A stretch of 64,000 nt of DNA, taken from Rhizophagus irregularis (lineage: Eukaryota). A program made the translations under genes and the position numbers. The DNA is taken from the NCBI RefSeq assembly GCF_026210795.1, contig NC_089433.1:3348001-3412000 (forward strand), in the 5' to 3' direction. Positions within the stretch are counted from its first letter, which is position 1; each line of letters starts with the position of its first letter. Shown piece after piece: positions 47,998 to 58,700 of the stretch. Under the pieces are notes generated by a model. The model did not search any database. It saw only the letters and a list, made by a program, of their open reading frames with translations, and had not been told where the DNA came from.

Positions 47998-48699
47998 TTA
48001 TAATAGTTTCTTTAAAGCGAGGTTTTCTTCTGAAAAAAAAAAAAAAAAAAAAAAAAAAATTTATTATTAAATGATAATTTTTAGGAATTTAATCTTAAAT
48101 ATTAAAAATAAGATAATATACCTTTGAGACTGAGAAGCAGCCGACCAAGATTTCGATTAAAAGAACGAAGCTCTGAAATGGTATCTTTGAAATTATCTTG
48201 CTCTTGTTCAAGAGCATTAACCTTTTCCTCCATTTCCTCAATTTGATCTTGTAACTTCCAACCGGAAGTCAAATAATGAACATTCTTTTCAAAGAGAGAT
48301 TCGTTTCGCTCCTTCATTTTATCCAATTTGCGTTGGAGAGATTCTGTTTGTTCTGTTAGAAGGAAAGAAAAAAGAGAAGAAGAAATTCATACCATTATTA
48401 GTTAAAAAACTAAGTGAATAAAGTCGATAGTACAAAGGAGTTCTACAGGAGAGTGCATTCAAGACTAGCCCTAGAAGTATAGAAACCCCGTCTACAGGTC
48501 AAAAGATCAACCATTCAAGAACCGGAACTTAAGTTTAAAAACCCCGTCTACAGTTAAACCCCATTCAAGAGACATCCTAAGGACCTTGCGTATGATACCC
48601 ACCCTTAAGTCGAGCTATTTCAGTTTTGCGAGAAGCCTTGAGAGCTTTATAACGAAGTTGAGATTTCTTATTTGAAGAAACTGAGCGGCGAGAAGTCAT
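47998..48699 (-). CDS. Predicted three-exon antisense bZIP-like / coiled-coil protein (~120 aa) inside element 1
   Basis: Exons 48699-48603, 48352(or 48343)-48122 and 48029-47998, with two phase-1 GT-AG introns giving one continuous ORF; TATA-like box near 48792-48798; aataaa near 47956-47961. Confidence 0.7.
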
Positions 48700-49177
48700 G
48701 ACGAAAGATTATATATATTTTAAAGGGTAAAGGAAAATGTTTTATAACAATGAATGAATGAGGAAAGAAAAGAAAAGGAAAAAGTGAGGTCTTATATAGA
48801 GAAAAAGACGCGACTTGAAGAATGCGTTAAAATTAAACAAAACAAACTTATCACGAAAAGATTTGATGAAAACCCCACGTGGAAATTTATAGAAAAAGAA
48901 ATTTATTTTTAGAACAAAGAACTATACGTTAATTAATTTAAGGAGTTAAAAACAAATTAATTTGGTGAAACATTGATGTCGCGATTTGTTAAAATTAGAG
49001 ATTTATTTTTAGTAATACACGGAAAATTAAGGGGTAGAATAACGGATTGGAGTTAGTATGAAATAAATGTCGCGATTTACTAAAATTAGTAGAAGGAATA
49101 ATTAATTAATAGGACGCGTTTTATTTTGATCCTGTAATACAGATTTTAATTTGGAAATTTATGAGGACACAAATTTT

Positions 49178-49191
49178 AAGGGGGAGGAAAG
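49178..49191 (+). promoter_or_regulatory. Polypurine tract of element 1
   Basis: aagggggaggaaag, 2 nt before the 3' LTR. Confidence 0.9.
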
Positions 49192-49193
49192 TT

Positions 49194-49714
49194 TGTAGTG
49201 CCATAATTCCAGAATTAACTTTGATTTAAATAATAGAGTATTTCGGAATTATAGGGATCGTCTATATTTTGTGTAACATATATTAATAGTCCGAAGTAAT
49301 TTGGATCGGAAATGAAGATCATCCTAATAGTAATAATGATGTAATAAGTTACAATTAATTTATTATTATTTACGTTGATCGAAGGATCAACATGTAAATT
49401 ATTATATAAACCCCAACTTTTTGACTTAGTATTAGCAGTTCCTTTTCTTTGGAAGTTCCTTTCCGTTTCTTTTAGTTCCTTTTAAATTCTTTTAATTCTT
49501 TTAAATAAAAACTATCATTTTAATTATTATAATTATTTTATAATGTTCTGACGAAATTTTATGATTATATTATTTTACATTTAATAAATAACTGTGTTAT
49601 AATGACATATTTTTACATAATAAAGAATAAACCTTTTATTAAATTATAAATTTTATGACTTTATGAGAGAGACGAAATTCTTGTGGTGACAGAGTGGCAG
49701 AAGCTGTCGTTGCA
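49194..49714 (+). repeat. 3' LTR of element 1
   Basis: 521-bp near-identical copy of 34249-34769. Confidence 0.97.
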
Positions 49715-50636
49715 ATATGATTGATATTTTAACTGTTCGTTCTTGATATTTATGTGTTATGCTTGATATTTGGTCCGTTTGTAAAAACATCAGGCATGAA
49801 CAGATAAAACATCAAGCACAAACAGCTAAAATATCAAGCATGTGATAGATAAGCATCAAGCATGATGGATAGATGAAAATATCAAGTATATGACAGATGA
49901 ATATCAAGCATGCATGAACAAATAAAATATCAAGCATGGACAGATGAACATCAAACTTAAAACAGGTAAAATGTCAGGCACAGTGTAACAATTTGTCAAT
50001 CCATGCTTGATTTTTCATGGCTGATAGTTTAGTCCAACTCGGCTAACCATATTAAATTGCATAATACTTCTGCGTCATTTTTGGTCAGTTACACTTAAAA
50101 TAAAAAAAATGAAAATTATATGTAATTTTATAATTGTAAAAAAACATTAATTATAATTTTATTCAAATTTTTTTATCACTTTTTAAAACTTTTGATAAAA
50201 TACAAATGAATATTATTTTTATAAAAATTAATTGAATATAATAAAATTAATTAAACAACTTTATAAAATCCTGATGTACAGTTGTACACACTGATTATAA
50301 ATTGGATAAATAACATTTTCATTAATGAAATTAATCGTCACAACAGTGTTACGCCAATGATGATTGATGTACAACAATATTTAATTGTTGCACAATGCAA
50401 ATCAGATAGGGACTTGTAGCGCTACACCAATGGCACAGAGATAGTTATTTGTTAAACAATGTATGAAACGCAGTTTTCAAATCAATTAAAAAGATAAGGA
50501 ACTTTAATGTTGACGTTCCGAAATTTTCATTTTTGTAAACATTGAAAAATTTTAAAATAGTATAAACCATATTTTTGTGACTATGATATGTGAAAGATGT
50601 GGAAAGTATTTACATTTTGAATGGTGTAAATCATGC

Positions 50637-51738
50637 TGAGATCCCCCTATTCCCTCTGTCATCAATTTACAGAGTTGCCACATCGAACGGGCATTCCTAT
50701 GGTCGAACGAACGAATAAACGAACGAATGAACAATTAAACGAACAAGCAAATAATCAACGACATAATTAACAAACAACATAATCAACGAACAACATACAA
50801 CAACATTCTTGGTTCATGACATAAATAGCGTTAGTAATATAAAACGTCGAACGATATAAAATAAAATTTAACTTCTCTAAATTTTCCCCAAATTATATCC
50901 ACTTTTACCTTTAATTTCAAACTTCGATAGCTCTCGCTACGAATTATTACTTTCCAAAAGTGTATATTTAATTCATCTTAAAATTTCCATTTATTCAATT
51001 AAAATTAATTAAGCAAACATTAATTAAAGTTTAGGGCGAACCTATTACCTTTAATTAACATTAAACTTTACTAACAAATAATTAAAAAAATAAAACTTAT
51101 ATTTTTATTGAGTTCTGTGGATGAGAACTAAGGAATTACCTTGAATTCCGCTCTCTATATATACAATTTTTATGCTACTTTCTATTCTATCTATATACTA
51201 TCTTTTATGTTCTCTTTACATATTATCTTTGAACTATCTTTCTAATATACTATCTATATTTTAAATACGCTATCTTTTAATATGCTATCTTTTAATATGC
51301 TATCTTTTTATATATGTTCTTTTTAATATATTATCTTTTACGTTCCATCTTTATACTATCTTTTTATATTATCTTTTACATTATTTTGTGTTCTTTAATC
51401 TTTCTGACATTATTTTATATGTTCTTTTAATTCGCTTTATGTGTTTTGCTTATAATCTATCTTTTGTGGCTTATAATTATTCTTTCTTATCGTTCTTATT
51501 GTTAAAGATTGCTAAGCCGCAATTGATCGACTCTATTTATCCTATTGGTTCCTTGTCAATCATTCAATAAATATTACATCATGTAGATCATTACTCTTCC
51601 TAAATGTTTATCCTTTTCGGCTAATTATTTATCCATCTACGCCAATCCACGATTAATTTGTTCGTTCTTAATATTTAATAATTACATTTGGTGGTTGAAT
51701 TTTATCATCTTTTCGTGCTTGATATTCGACCGTTTACA
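50637..51738 (-). repeat. 3' LTR of element 2
   Basis: Near-identical to 60463-61564, with 7 differences counted by eye. Confidence 0.97.
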
Positions 51739-51740
51739 TT

Positions 51741-51752
51741 ATCCCCCTCTTC
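51741..51752 (-). promoter_or_regulatory. Polypurine tract of element 2
   Basis: Minus strand gaagagggggat adjacent to the 3' LTR. Confidence 0.85.
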
Positions 51753-51814
51753 GCTATTTGTGACCTCACAAATAACTTTAATAGAATCGAACTCGTGTCT
51801 TATCCATAATAATT

Positions 51815-53041
51815 TTAATCGAATCGAACTCGGGTCTTATCGAATACCTCTTTTCCTTTAATTACTATTTTTGGTATAAATCCCCTTCGATCATAAAATT
51901 TCTTTAACCATTCTCCATTTTGTGGTGTTTTTAGTATTCTTCCGTCTAATTCTTTGAGTTTATACGCTCCATTTCCAAATTCTTCGTGAATTAAATATGG
52001 TCCTTTCCATTTGTTCTGCAATTTTCCCGACCATTGTTTCTCTCTCCATGCTTCATATAATAATACTTTTTCTCCTATTTCAAATTTAGGTTTTCTAATT
52101 CCCCTTTTGTCGTGTTGTTGTTTTTGTTTCTCTTGAGCTTCTTTCACATTTTCTTTTATTTTCCTTCTTATTACCGGTAGTTCTTCAATTAATATTTTTA
52201 CTCTGTCAGCTAATGTTATTTTATTTTCGTCTTTATCCAATGGTAGTTTTGCTCTCCTTCCGTATGTCGCATAAAAAGGTTTAATCTTTGTTGATGATTG
52301 CTTCTTTGTTCTATATGCAAATAATACAGATGGTATATGTTTATCCCAATTTTCTTCTCCTAATTTGGCTAATCCTTCGCATAAAGTTTTATTGAATCTT
52401 TCGACCAAACCATTTGTTTGTGGCCTATATGGTGTACTTAATCTATGATTTATTCCACACCTTTCTACCAATTCTTCCATCATTCTATTGTTAAAGTGAG
52501 TCCCTCTATCACTAATTATTTTCTTTGGACACCCATGTCTACAAATTATATCCCTCCAAATAAATTCTACTACCTCTTTCGCTGTAGCTTCTTTTAGTGG
52601 TGCGGCCTCGGGCCATTTTGTAAAATAATCCATTGCTACTACAATATACTTATTTCCCTTTTCTGTCTCTTTTAATGGTCCAACTATATCTATTCCAATC
52701 ATCTCGAATGGTTCATTTATCTTTATCGGCATTAATTCGTTCTTTCCTCTTGGTTTTCCTCTCATTTGACAATTCCAACACGTTTTTACATATTCTTCTA
52801 CATCTTCTTTCATATTTTTCCACCAATAATTTTCTTTTATTCTATCTAATGTCGCTTCTACTCCAAAATGTCCTGATAATTCGTTATCATGCATCATGTA
52901 CATCAATCCTTCGTATTCATAATCCCTGATTACTCTAAATTTGTTTTGTCCTTTTACTCTATATAGAATTCCTTCTTTCAATTCATATTTATTCTCCTTT
53001 TCGATATTGTCAATTATTCTCTTGTAATTATTTTCTTCCAT
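51815..53041 (-). CDS. Integrase (408 aa) as a separate ORF
   Basis: HD..GHFG..CWNCQ, IGIDIVGP, IISDRGTHF, PQTNGLVERFN, WKGPY; an in-frame TAA lies four codons upstream of the ATG. Confidence 0.95.
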   Translation of the reverse strand: MEENNYKRIIDNIEKENKYELKEGILYRVKGQNKFRVIRDYEYEGLMYMMHDNELSGHFGVEATLDRIKENYWWKNMKEDVEEYVKTCWNCQMRGKPRGKNELMPIKINEPFEMIGIDIVGPLKETEKGNKYIVVAMDYFTKWPEAAPLKEATAKEVVEFIWRDIICRHGCPKKIISDRGTHFNNRMMEELVERCGINHRLSTPYRPQTNGLVERFNKTLCEGLAKLGEENWDKHIPSVLFAYRTKKQSSTKIKPFYATYGRRAKLPLDKDENKITLADRVKILIEELPVIRRKIKENVKEAQEKQKQQHDKRGIRKPKFEIGEKVLLYEAWREKQWSGKLQNKWKGPYLIHEEFGNGAYKLKELDGRILKTPQNGEWLKKFYDRRGFIPKIVIKGKEVFDKTRVRFD

Positions 53042-53090
53042 AATACCTCTTTAATTGATTTCGCTTCTAAATTTGTTATGTTCTGTATTT

Positions 53091-55172
53091 TTAGTTCTGT
53101 GCTCTTCTCCATTTCTCCACCTCTTTAAATACTTTTCTCCAACTACTATTGTCATTTTTAACTTTTACTCGACTGTATCTTTTAGTATCTTTGTACACGC
53201 CCTGATTTTCTTCAAACATTCTAACCATGTCCAAATATTCATCCTTCTTTAATGTTGGATATGATGATTTTTCCGTTTTCTTTGTTTCTCTTCCAATGTA
53301 ATTTTTCCAACATACGTCGCCATCTTTTTCTAAAAATATCACTATTGATTTATCTATTGTTTCTTTCAATCTGAATATTTCTTTTTCCATCTCATGATTT
53401 CCATGTGGAGTAATTAATCCTCTGTCAAAGCTTTTCGTCTTTTGATAATAATATTCACAATATGGTGATTTGTCTAAAATTATTATATCTGTATCTTCGT
53501 CATATTCTAACATTCTCCTGTTTATTTGTTCTACTACTTCTTTTCTAAATTTCCATTCTGTCTCCATTTTTGATTCATAAAATTCATCTTTGTCTTTTCT
53601 TCTTCTTTTATAAGTATTGAATCTTACTTTTAATCCTTGTTTTTCCCATTCTTTAATTAAATTTTGTACTATACTTGTTTTTCCTAATCCATCTACTCCA
53701 TCGATTATTACTATTTCTGGTTGGTCTTCTACTATCTTTAATAACCTACTTAACGCGTCAGCGTTCGTGTTTTCTTTTCCTGATCTATGTATTACTTCAA
53801 AATTATATTGTTGTAATTCCATTACCCATCTTGCTCTTTTTCCTTTCGGTATCTTTGCATTCATTAATCCTTTTAATGCACTGTGATCTGTTATTACTTT
53901 AAATTTTCTATCGATCAAATACTTATGAAAATGTTGAATTCCCCAAACTATTCCTAAACATTCCAATTCGGTTATCGGATAATTTTCTTCTGCTGGTAAT
54001 AAACTTCTACTTGCGTATGCTATTACTACTTCTTTTCCCTTTTCATCTTTTTGACTTAATACTGCACCTAATCCTTTTCCTGATGCATCTGTTATTAATA
54101 AAAATTCTTTCTTCCAATCTGGATGTCGCAATATTGGATATTGTATTAACTTTTCTTTCAATTTTTCAAACGCTTCTTGTTGTTCTCTTCCCCAAATGAA
54201 AGGTATCCCCTTCTTTCTCAAATCACTTATTGGTCTTGCTATCTTTGAAAAATTCTTTACAAATTTTCTGTAATATGAACAAAGTCCTAAAAATGATCTT
54301 ACTTCTTTCACTGTTGTTGGTGCCTTCATTTCTTTTATCTTTTCTATCTTTTTATCGTCTGGCCTTAATCCATCATTTCCTACTATATGTCCTAAAAATT
54401 CTATATTTCTTTCCAAAAATCTACATTTCTTTAATTTTATTATCAAATTATTCTCCCGTAACTTCTTTAATACTTTTTCCACATGTTCCATATGATCTTT
54501 TAAACTTTCCGAATATATCATAATATCATCGATATATACTACCACAAAATCGTTTATGTATTCTTCCAATATTTCATCCATTAATCTTTGAAATGTTGCT
54601 GGTGCATTCGTTAAACCGAACGGCATTACATTATACTCAAATAATCCTTTCGAATATACAAATGCTGTCTTTTCTTTGTCTTCTTCTTTCATTTCTACTT
54701 GATTAAATCCTGCCGCTAGATCTATACTTGAAAACCATTTTGCTTTTCTATATTTGTCCAATAATTCATCCATTCTTGGTAAAGGAAAACTATCCATTAT
54801 AGTTATCTTATTTAACTTCCTGTAATCAATGCAAAATCTATATTTTCCTGTTTTCTTTCCTGCTAATGTAACAGGTGAACTCCATGGACTTTTTGATTTC
54901 CTTATCCTTCCCTGTCTTAACAATTTATCTACTTCTTCGCTTATAAATTTTGCCTTTTCATCTGTTTCTTTATATCTTCTTTGCTTTATTGGTTCTACCC
55001 CATCTTTTATTTTTATCTCATGCTGCGCTGCTTTTGTTCTTCCTTCTATTTCCTCATCGTATTCCAAAATATCTTGGTATTCTAATAGTAATTTTACCAT
55101 ATTTTCCCAAATTGGTTCTTCTACCTCCCCTATACTTAGTTTTTGCATAAATTTTTCACTTGGTTCGAGCAT
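53091..55172 (-). CDS. pol: RT-RNase H fused to a C-terminal thymidylate/deoxynucleoside-kinase-like domain (693 aa)
   Basis: YIDD, TDAS, ITDH, NADALSR, followed directly by IVIIDGVDGLGKTS and IIILDKSPYCEYYYQ. Confidence 0.95.
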   Translation of the reverse strand: MLEPSEKFMQKLSIGEVEEPIWENMVKLLLEYQDILEYDEEIEGRTKAAQHEIKIKDGVEPIKQRRYKETDEKAKFISEEVDKLLRQGRIRKSKSPWSSPVTLAGKKTGKYRFCIDYRKLNKITIMDSFPLPRMDELLDKYRKAKWFSSIDLAAGFNQVEMKEEDKEKTAFVYSKGLFEYNVMPFGLTNAPATFQRLMDEILEEYINDFVVVYIDDIMIYSESLKDHMEHVEKVLKKLRENNLIIKLKKCRFLERNIEFLGHIVGNDGLRPDDKKIEKIKEMKAPTTVKEVRSFLGLCSYYRKFVKNFSKIARPISDLRKKGIPFIWGREQQEAFEKLKEKLIQYPILRHPDWKKEFLLITDASGKGLGAVLSQKDEKGKEVVIAYASRSLLPAEENYPITELECLGIVWGIQHFHKYLIDRKFKVITDHSALKGLMNAKIPKGKRARWVMELQQYNFEVIHRSGKENTNADALSRLLKIVEDQPEIVIIDGVDGLGKTSIVQNLIKEWEKQGLKVRFNTYKRRRKDKDEFYESKMETEWKFRKEVVEQINRRMLEYDEDTDIIILDKSPYCEYYYQKTKSFDRGLITPHGNHEMEKEIFRLKETIDKSIVIFLEKDGDVCWKNYIGRETKKTEKSSYPTLKKDEYLDMVRMFEENQGVYKDTKRYSRVKVKNDNSSWRKVFKEVEKWRRAQN

Positions 55173-55207
55173 CTTTTCCGTCTCTCTCTCTTCAGAGCCA
55201 AGACTCT

Positions 55208-55720
55208 CTATTTAAAATTCTGGTGCATTTTGAATACCTCTCCTTCATCATTGCTTTCATATTCTTCATCGTCCTCACTCTCCTCACTTTCATATGCTAC
55301 TTCTCTTTCATATCCTACTGGAATCGTTATTATTTCTCCCTGTTCTTCTATTCTTAAGGTATGATCTTCAAAATTTATTTTTGCATTATACAACTTCCAT
55401 ATGTCATTTCCCAAAATTAGATCCTCCTCTTCTGAATCGATTACTTCAACTTCTTTCAGTATTTCTAATTCATCTTTGTACCTCAAAGTTATATTCGCCT
55501 TTCCTAACGCTGCTATCTTTTGCCCATTTGCTATTGTACATCTAAATTTACTTTTTCCAAATATAGGTATATTCAATCTTCTTCTTAATTTATCTGTTAT
55601 CACGCTTACTGCTGCTCCAGTATCTATTATTACATTCACTAATTGATCTTCAACTTCTAATTCTGTTCTCATTGCTGTAGTTCTCTTTTCTTCGTTTTTC
55701 ATAGTTCCCACCGAGTGTAG
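55208..55720 (-). CDS. Retropepsin aspartic protease, in frame with gag behind a TGA
   Basis: VIIDTGA and LILGND motifs; open frame starts immediately after the gag stop. Confidence 0.92.
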   Translation of the reverse strand, partial: LHSVGTMKNEEKRTTAMRTELEVEDQLVNVIIDTGAAVSVITDKLRRRLNIPIFGKSKFRCTIANGQKIAALGKANITLRYKDELEILKEVEVIDSEEEDLILGNDIWKLYNAKINFEDHTLRIEEQGEIITIPVGYEREVAYESEESEDDEEYESNDEGEVFKMHQNFK

Positions 55721-58700
55721 TCAATTTCTCTCATTTACACTTCTTGGCTTATATGTTCCTTCCCTTAATTGTTTATGATACTTAGTATTCTCATTTGTTA
55801 ATTGTCCAAATGTTATATTCGCTCTACAATTTTTCACGTCTCCCACAATGTCATAAGGTGGTATTCCATCAGTTAATCTCGGTCCATATTCTCTGGGCTT
55901 TCCTATCCCTGATGGCTTTGTTCTAACCCAATTTCCAAATTCGTCTTGCCGCATTCCAGGGTAAAATGCTTTGCCTTCTTTTGTGAACATTGGTTTATAA
56001 AATCTTCCATCCTTTGTCATGGGTCGACGACCATAATTATAATCTTCTGGTCCTATTGGATTATCCCAATTTTGGCTATCTTTGTGTACATTATTTTGTT
56101 CTGTCCTTTCGGGCGTATATCTTGGTGTTGTTGTTCCACTTGGTATTTCTCTATCATCCATTCTATTTCCCGCTTCTCTTAATTCTTCTTGTAAATTTCC
56201 TTCTTCACCATTATTTTTATATCCCATTATTGGATTCGACCTTCTTGTTTGTCTTCTTGTTTTTACTGCATTATCTTTCGCGTATAATTCATTATGGTAA
56301 TTTAATTCCCTATCTTCATAATCATCGTAATAACCTTGTGTATAATACATTTCACCGTATTGTGGTTCCCCATATTCATATCCATCATAATCATATTCCT
56401 CTTGGTCATCATATTCGTCCATCATATTCACTCCTACATTCCTTCTTTTCTCTGGACACTCCCTTGAATAATGACCAACTCTACCACATGTATAGCATGT
56501 CGGTACCCTTTTTTGGAATGACTGATTTCTTTGAATTGGTTGATTTCTTTGCATTGGTTGGTTTCTCTGCATTGGTTGGTTTCTCTGCATTGGTTGGTTT
56601 CTTTGTGGTAATCGCCTATAACTCTGACTCGCTAAATTTCTTAATCTTTCATTCTCATCTTCTAACATCTTAATTTGTAACTTCGCAAAACTGTCTGCTA
56701 ATTCATCTACACTTACCTCTTTATTATTCCTTACATTCCCTTGAACAATAGGTTCTTGTCTTCTTTGTTCATCATTAATTCCTTTTGGTTGTACTTTATC
56801 TGTTAATGCTTCTAAACCTCTTTCTACGTTTTTTGCTATCTGAAATGTTGCATTTAGATCTGCTGGATTTCCCATTACTACGTCTTTAGTAAAGTCTGGT
56901 TTTAATCCTCTAATAAAAATTCTCTTTTGCTGATTTGCTGCTACTGCTGCATCACCTCCCGCTCTCTTTAACATATATTTAAATCTCGTAAGGTATTGAG
57001 TTACATTCTCGTCTCCCTGTCTAATCTTTTCTAATTGTTCTAGCCATCTATCTTTAATTTCATCACTTGCATACTTTCCAATTATTCTTACTCTTAATCT
57101 TAAATTATGATCTCCATTAACATTCCAATCGACAATATTTACTCCTTCAGTCTTTAACCAATCTGCTGCTCCTCCCATTAATTTCGCTTTTGCTATTCTA
57201 AATCTCTGTGCATCATCATTCCCTAAACCATTCGCTGTAAATGTCTCCTCAAATTTATCTGCCCATTCTTCTGGATCTTCTCCACTGGTACCATAAAATG
57301 CTGGTATTTCTACAATAGCTCCTCTATTTGCGTTTAAATTTCCTATCGCATTAGTATTCGCTTGAACTTCTCCTTGTAATCCTGTCAATGTTACTGGTGG
57401 TAATACTAAATTGTTCCAATCTGCCCCAATATCATGATTATACATAGTATTCATTAATGCTCTTAGATCTGCTCTGAGTTCATCTCTTGATGCTGCCATT
57501 GTTATCTTTGGTTTTATTGGTGGTACTGGTGTTATTGGTATTATAGGTACTTCCTTTGATTTTTTATTTTTCTCTTTACTTTTTGGTTTTTTACTTGAGC
57601 CAATTTCGGGTCCTTTTATATCCTCTTCCATTTCATCTTCATCATCTGTTGGATTTTCTTTTTCAATATCTTTTTCACATTCTATGCAGGTTTCTTTTCC
57701 AATTTCAAATTCTTTCTTTAATCTTTCAATTTCACATCTTCCGCATTCTTTTGTGTTTTCAACTCTCCATTGTAATATTTGTTCATCTAATTCTTCATCT
57801 TCAAGATTCCATATTGTTAAATATTTCTTCATAAATTCATATGTTGTTATTATCTTTGCGGTTACTCCAAATTTTCTTATTCTTTTAATTTCCGTTATTT
57901 CTACATCATATCCCATTCTTTTCAAATCCATTCTAATTATTTCTTCGAATATCTTTGTTGTTCCTGTTTCTTCAACATTATTAGATTCAATAGATTCATC
58001 AGATTCCTCATCTGACATTTCTTCATTTTTACTAATCGGTAAATTTCCTTCTTTCTCATCGTCTGTTTCTGTTATAGTATAGCTTCTTGGTGTATCATCA
58101 CTATCTGTTTCATCTATATTTAATTGTTCAAACCCTCTAATCTTATCATAAACTTTTTCAACTATCTCTTTTCTAATTCCCCAACCATGTTCACGAACTC
58201 TTATGTGCATTGTGTGCAACATTAATCTAATTTTTTGTTTGAACGCTTCTATCTTTTCTGTTGACTCATCTTCTTTTAATTCAGCTTCTTCATATAATAT
58301 ATTTTTGTATCTTCTAATAGTGCTATCCTTACATTCTATAAAATTTGTTATAGCTTCTTTATACCATTCATAAAATTCCCCAAATCTTATATTCACATCC
58401 CAATCTTCCAAAATATAACCATATCTTATTAATTCTTCGTTCCCTATCAATCTGTCCATTGTTTCATCTTCTTTATCATTTTCTATACAATCTCTCACGA
58501 TTACTATTATTATTATCTTTAATCCTTTTTCTCTTAATACTGGTTGTTTCAAGTATCTTATCGATTCGACCATTACATCTAATGCATCTCTAGTCCTTCC
58601 TTTTGTATAATTATTTCTTTCTTCACTATCTATACTTAATAAATTTAATAACGCTCTTATAGTTTCCGCGTTATAACCTTTTATCGTATATTCAAATTTT

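Larger units (their letters stand above)
34249..49714 (+). mobile_element. Full-length Ty3/Gypsy-type LTR retrotransposon 1 with accessory genes; inactivated copy
   Basis: 521-bp TG..CA LTRs, 4-bp TSD atat (34245-34248, 49715-49718), PBS, PPT, and gene order gag-PR-RT-RH-(extras)-IN. Confidence 0.97.
34129..50048. mobile_element. Small foldback/MITE element (~450 bp net) split by LTR retrotransposon 1
   Basis: Left ggcaagccaagttagactaaactatcag vs right ctgatagtttagtccaactcggctaacc; inverted similarity extends inward through tcaagca/cagat repeats; no TSD found. Confidence 0.7.

Noticed and set aside
48033..48059. Long A run as a retroposon poly(A) tail
   Set aside because: No TSD; it fits better as the polypyrimidine tract before the CAG acceptor of the antisense gene.
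51388..51570. Identical 60-aa hydrophobic ORF in both LTRs of element 2 (also 61214-61396)
   Set aside because: Non-ATG start in T-rich LTR sequence; identity simply reflects LTR duplication.
53042..53052. Shine-Dalgarno-like AAGAGGT before the integrase ATG, suggesting a prokaryotic or endosymbiont origin
   Set aside because: Absent in element 1, expected by chance in purine-rich coding sequence, and the element sits in intron-containing nuclear DNA with TSDs.
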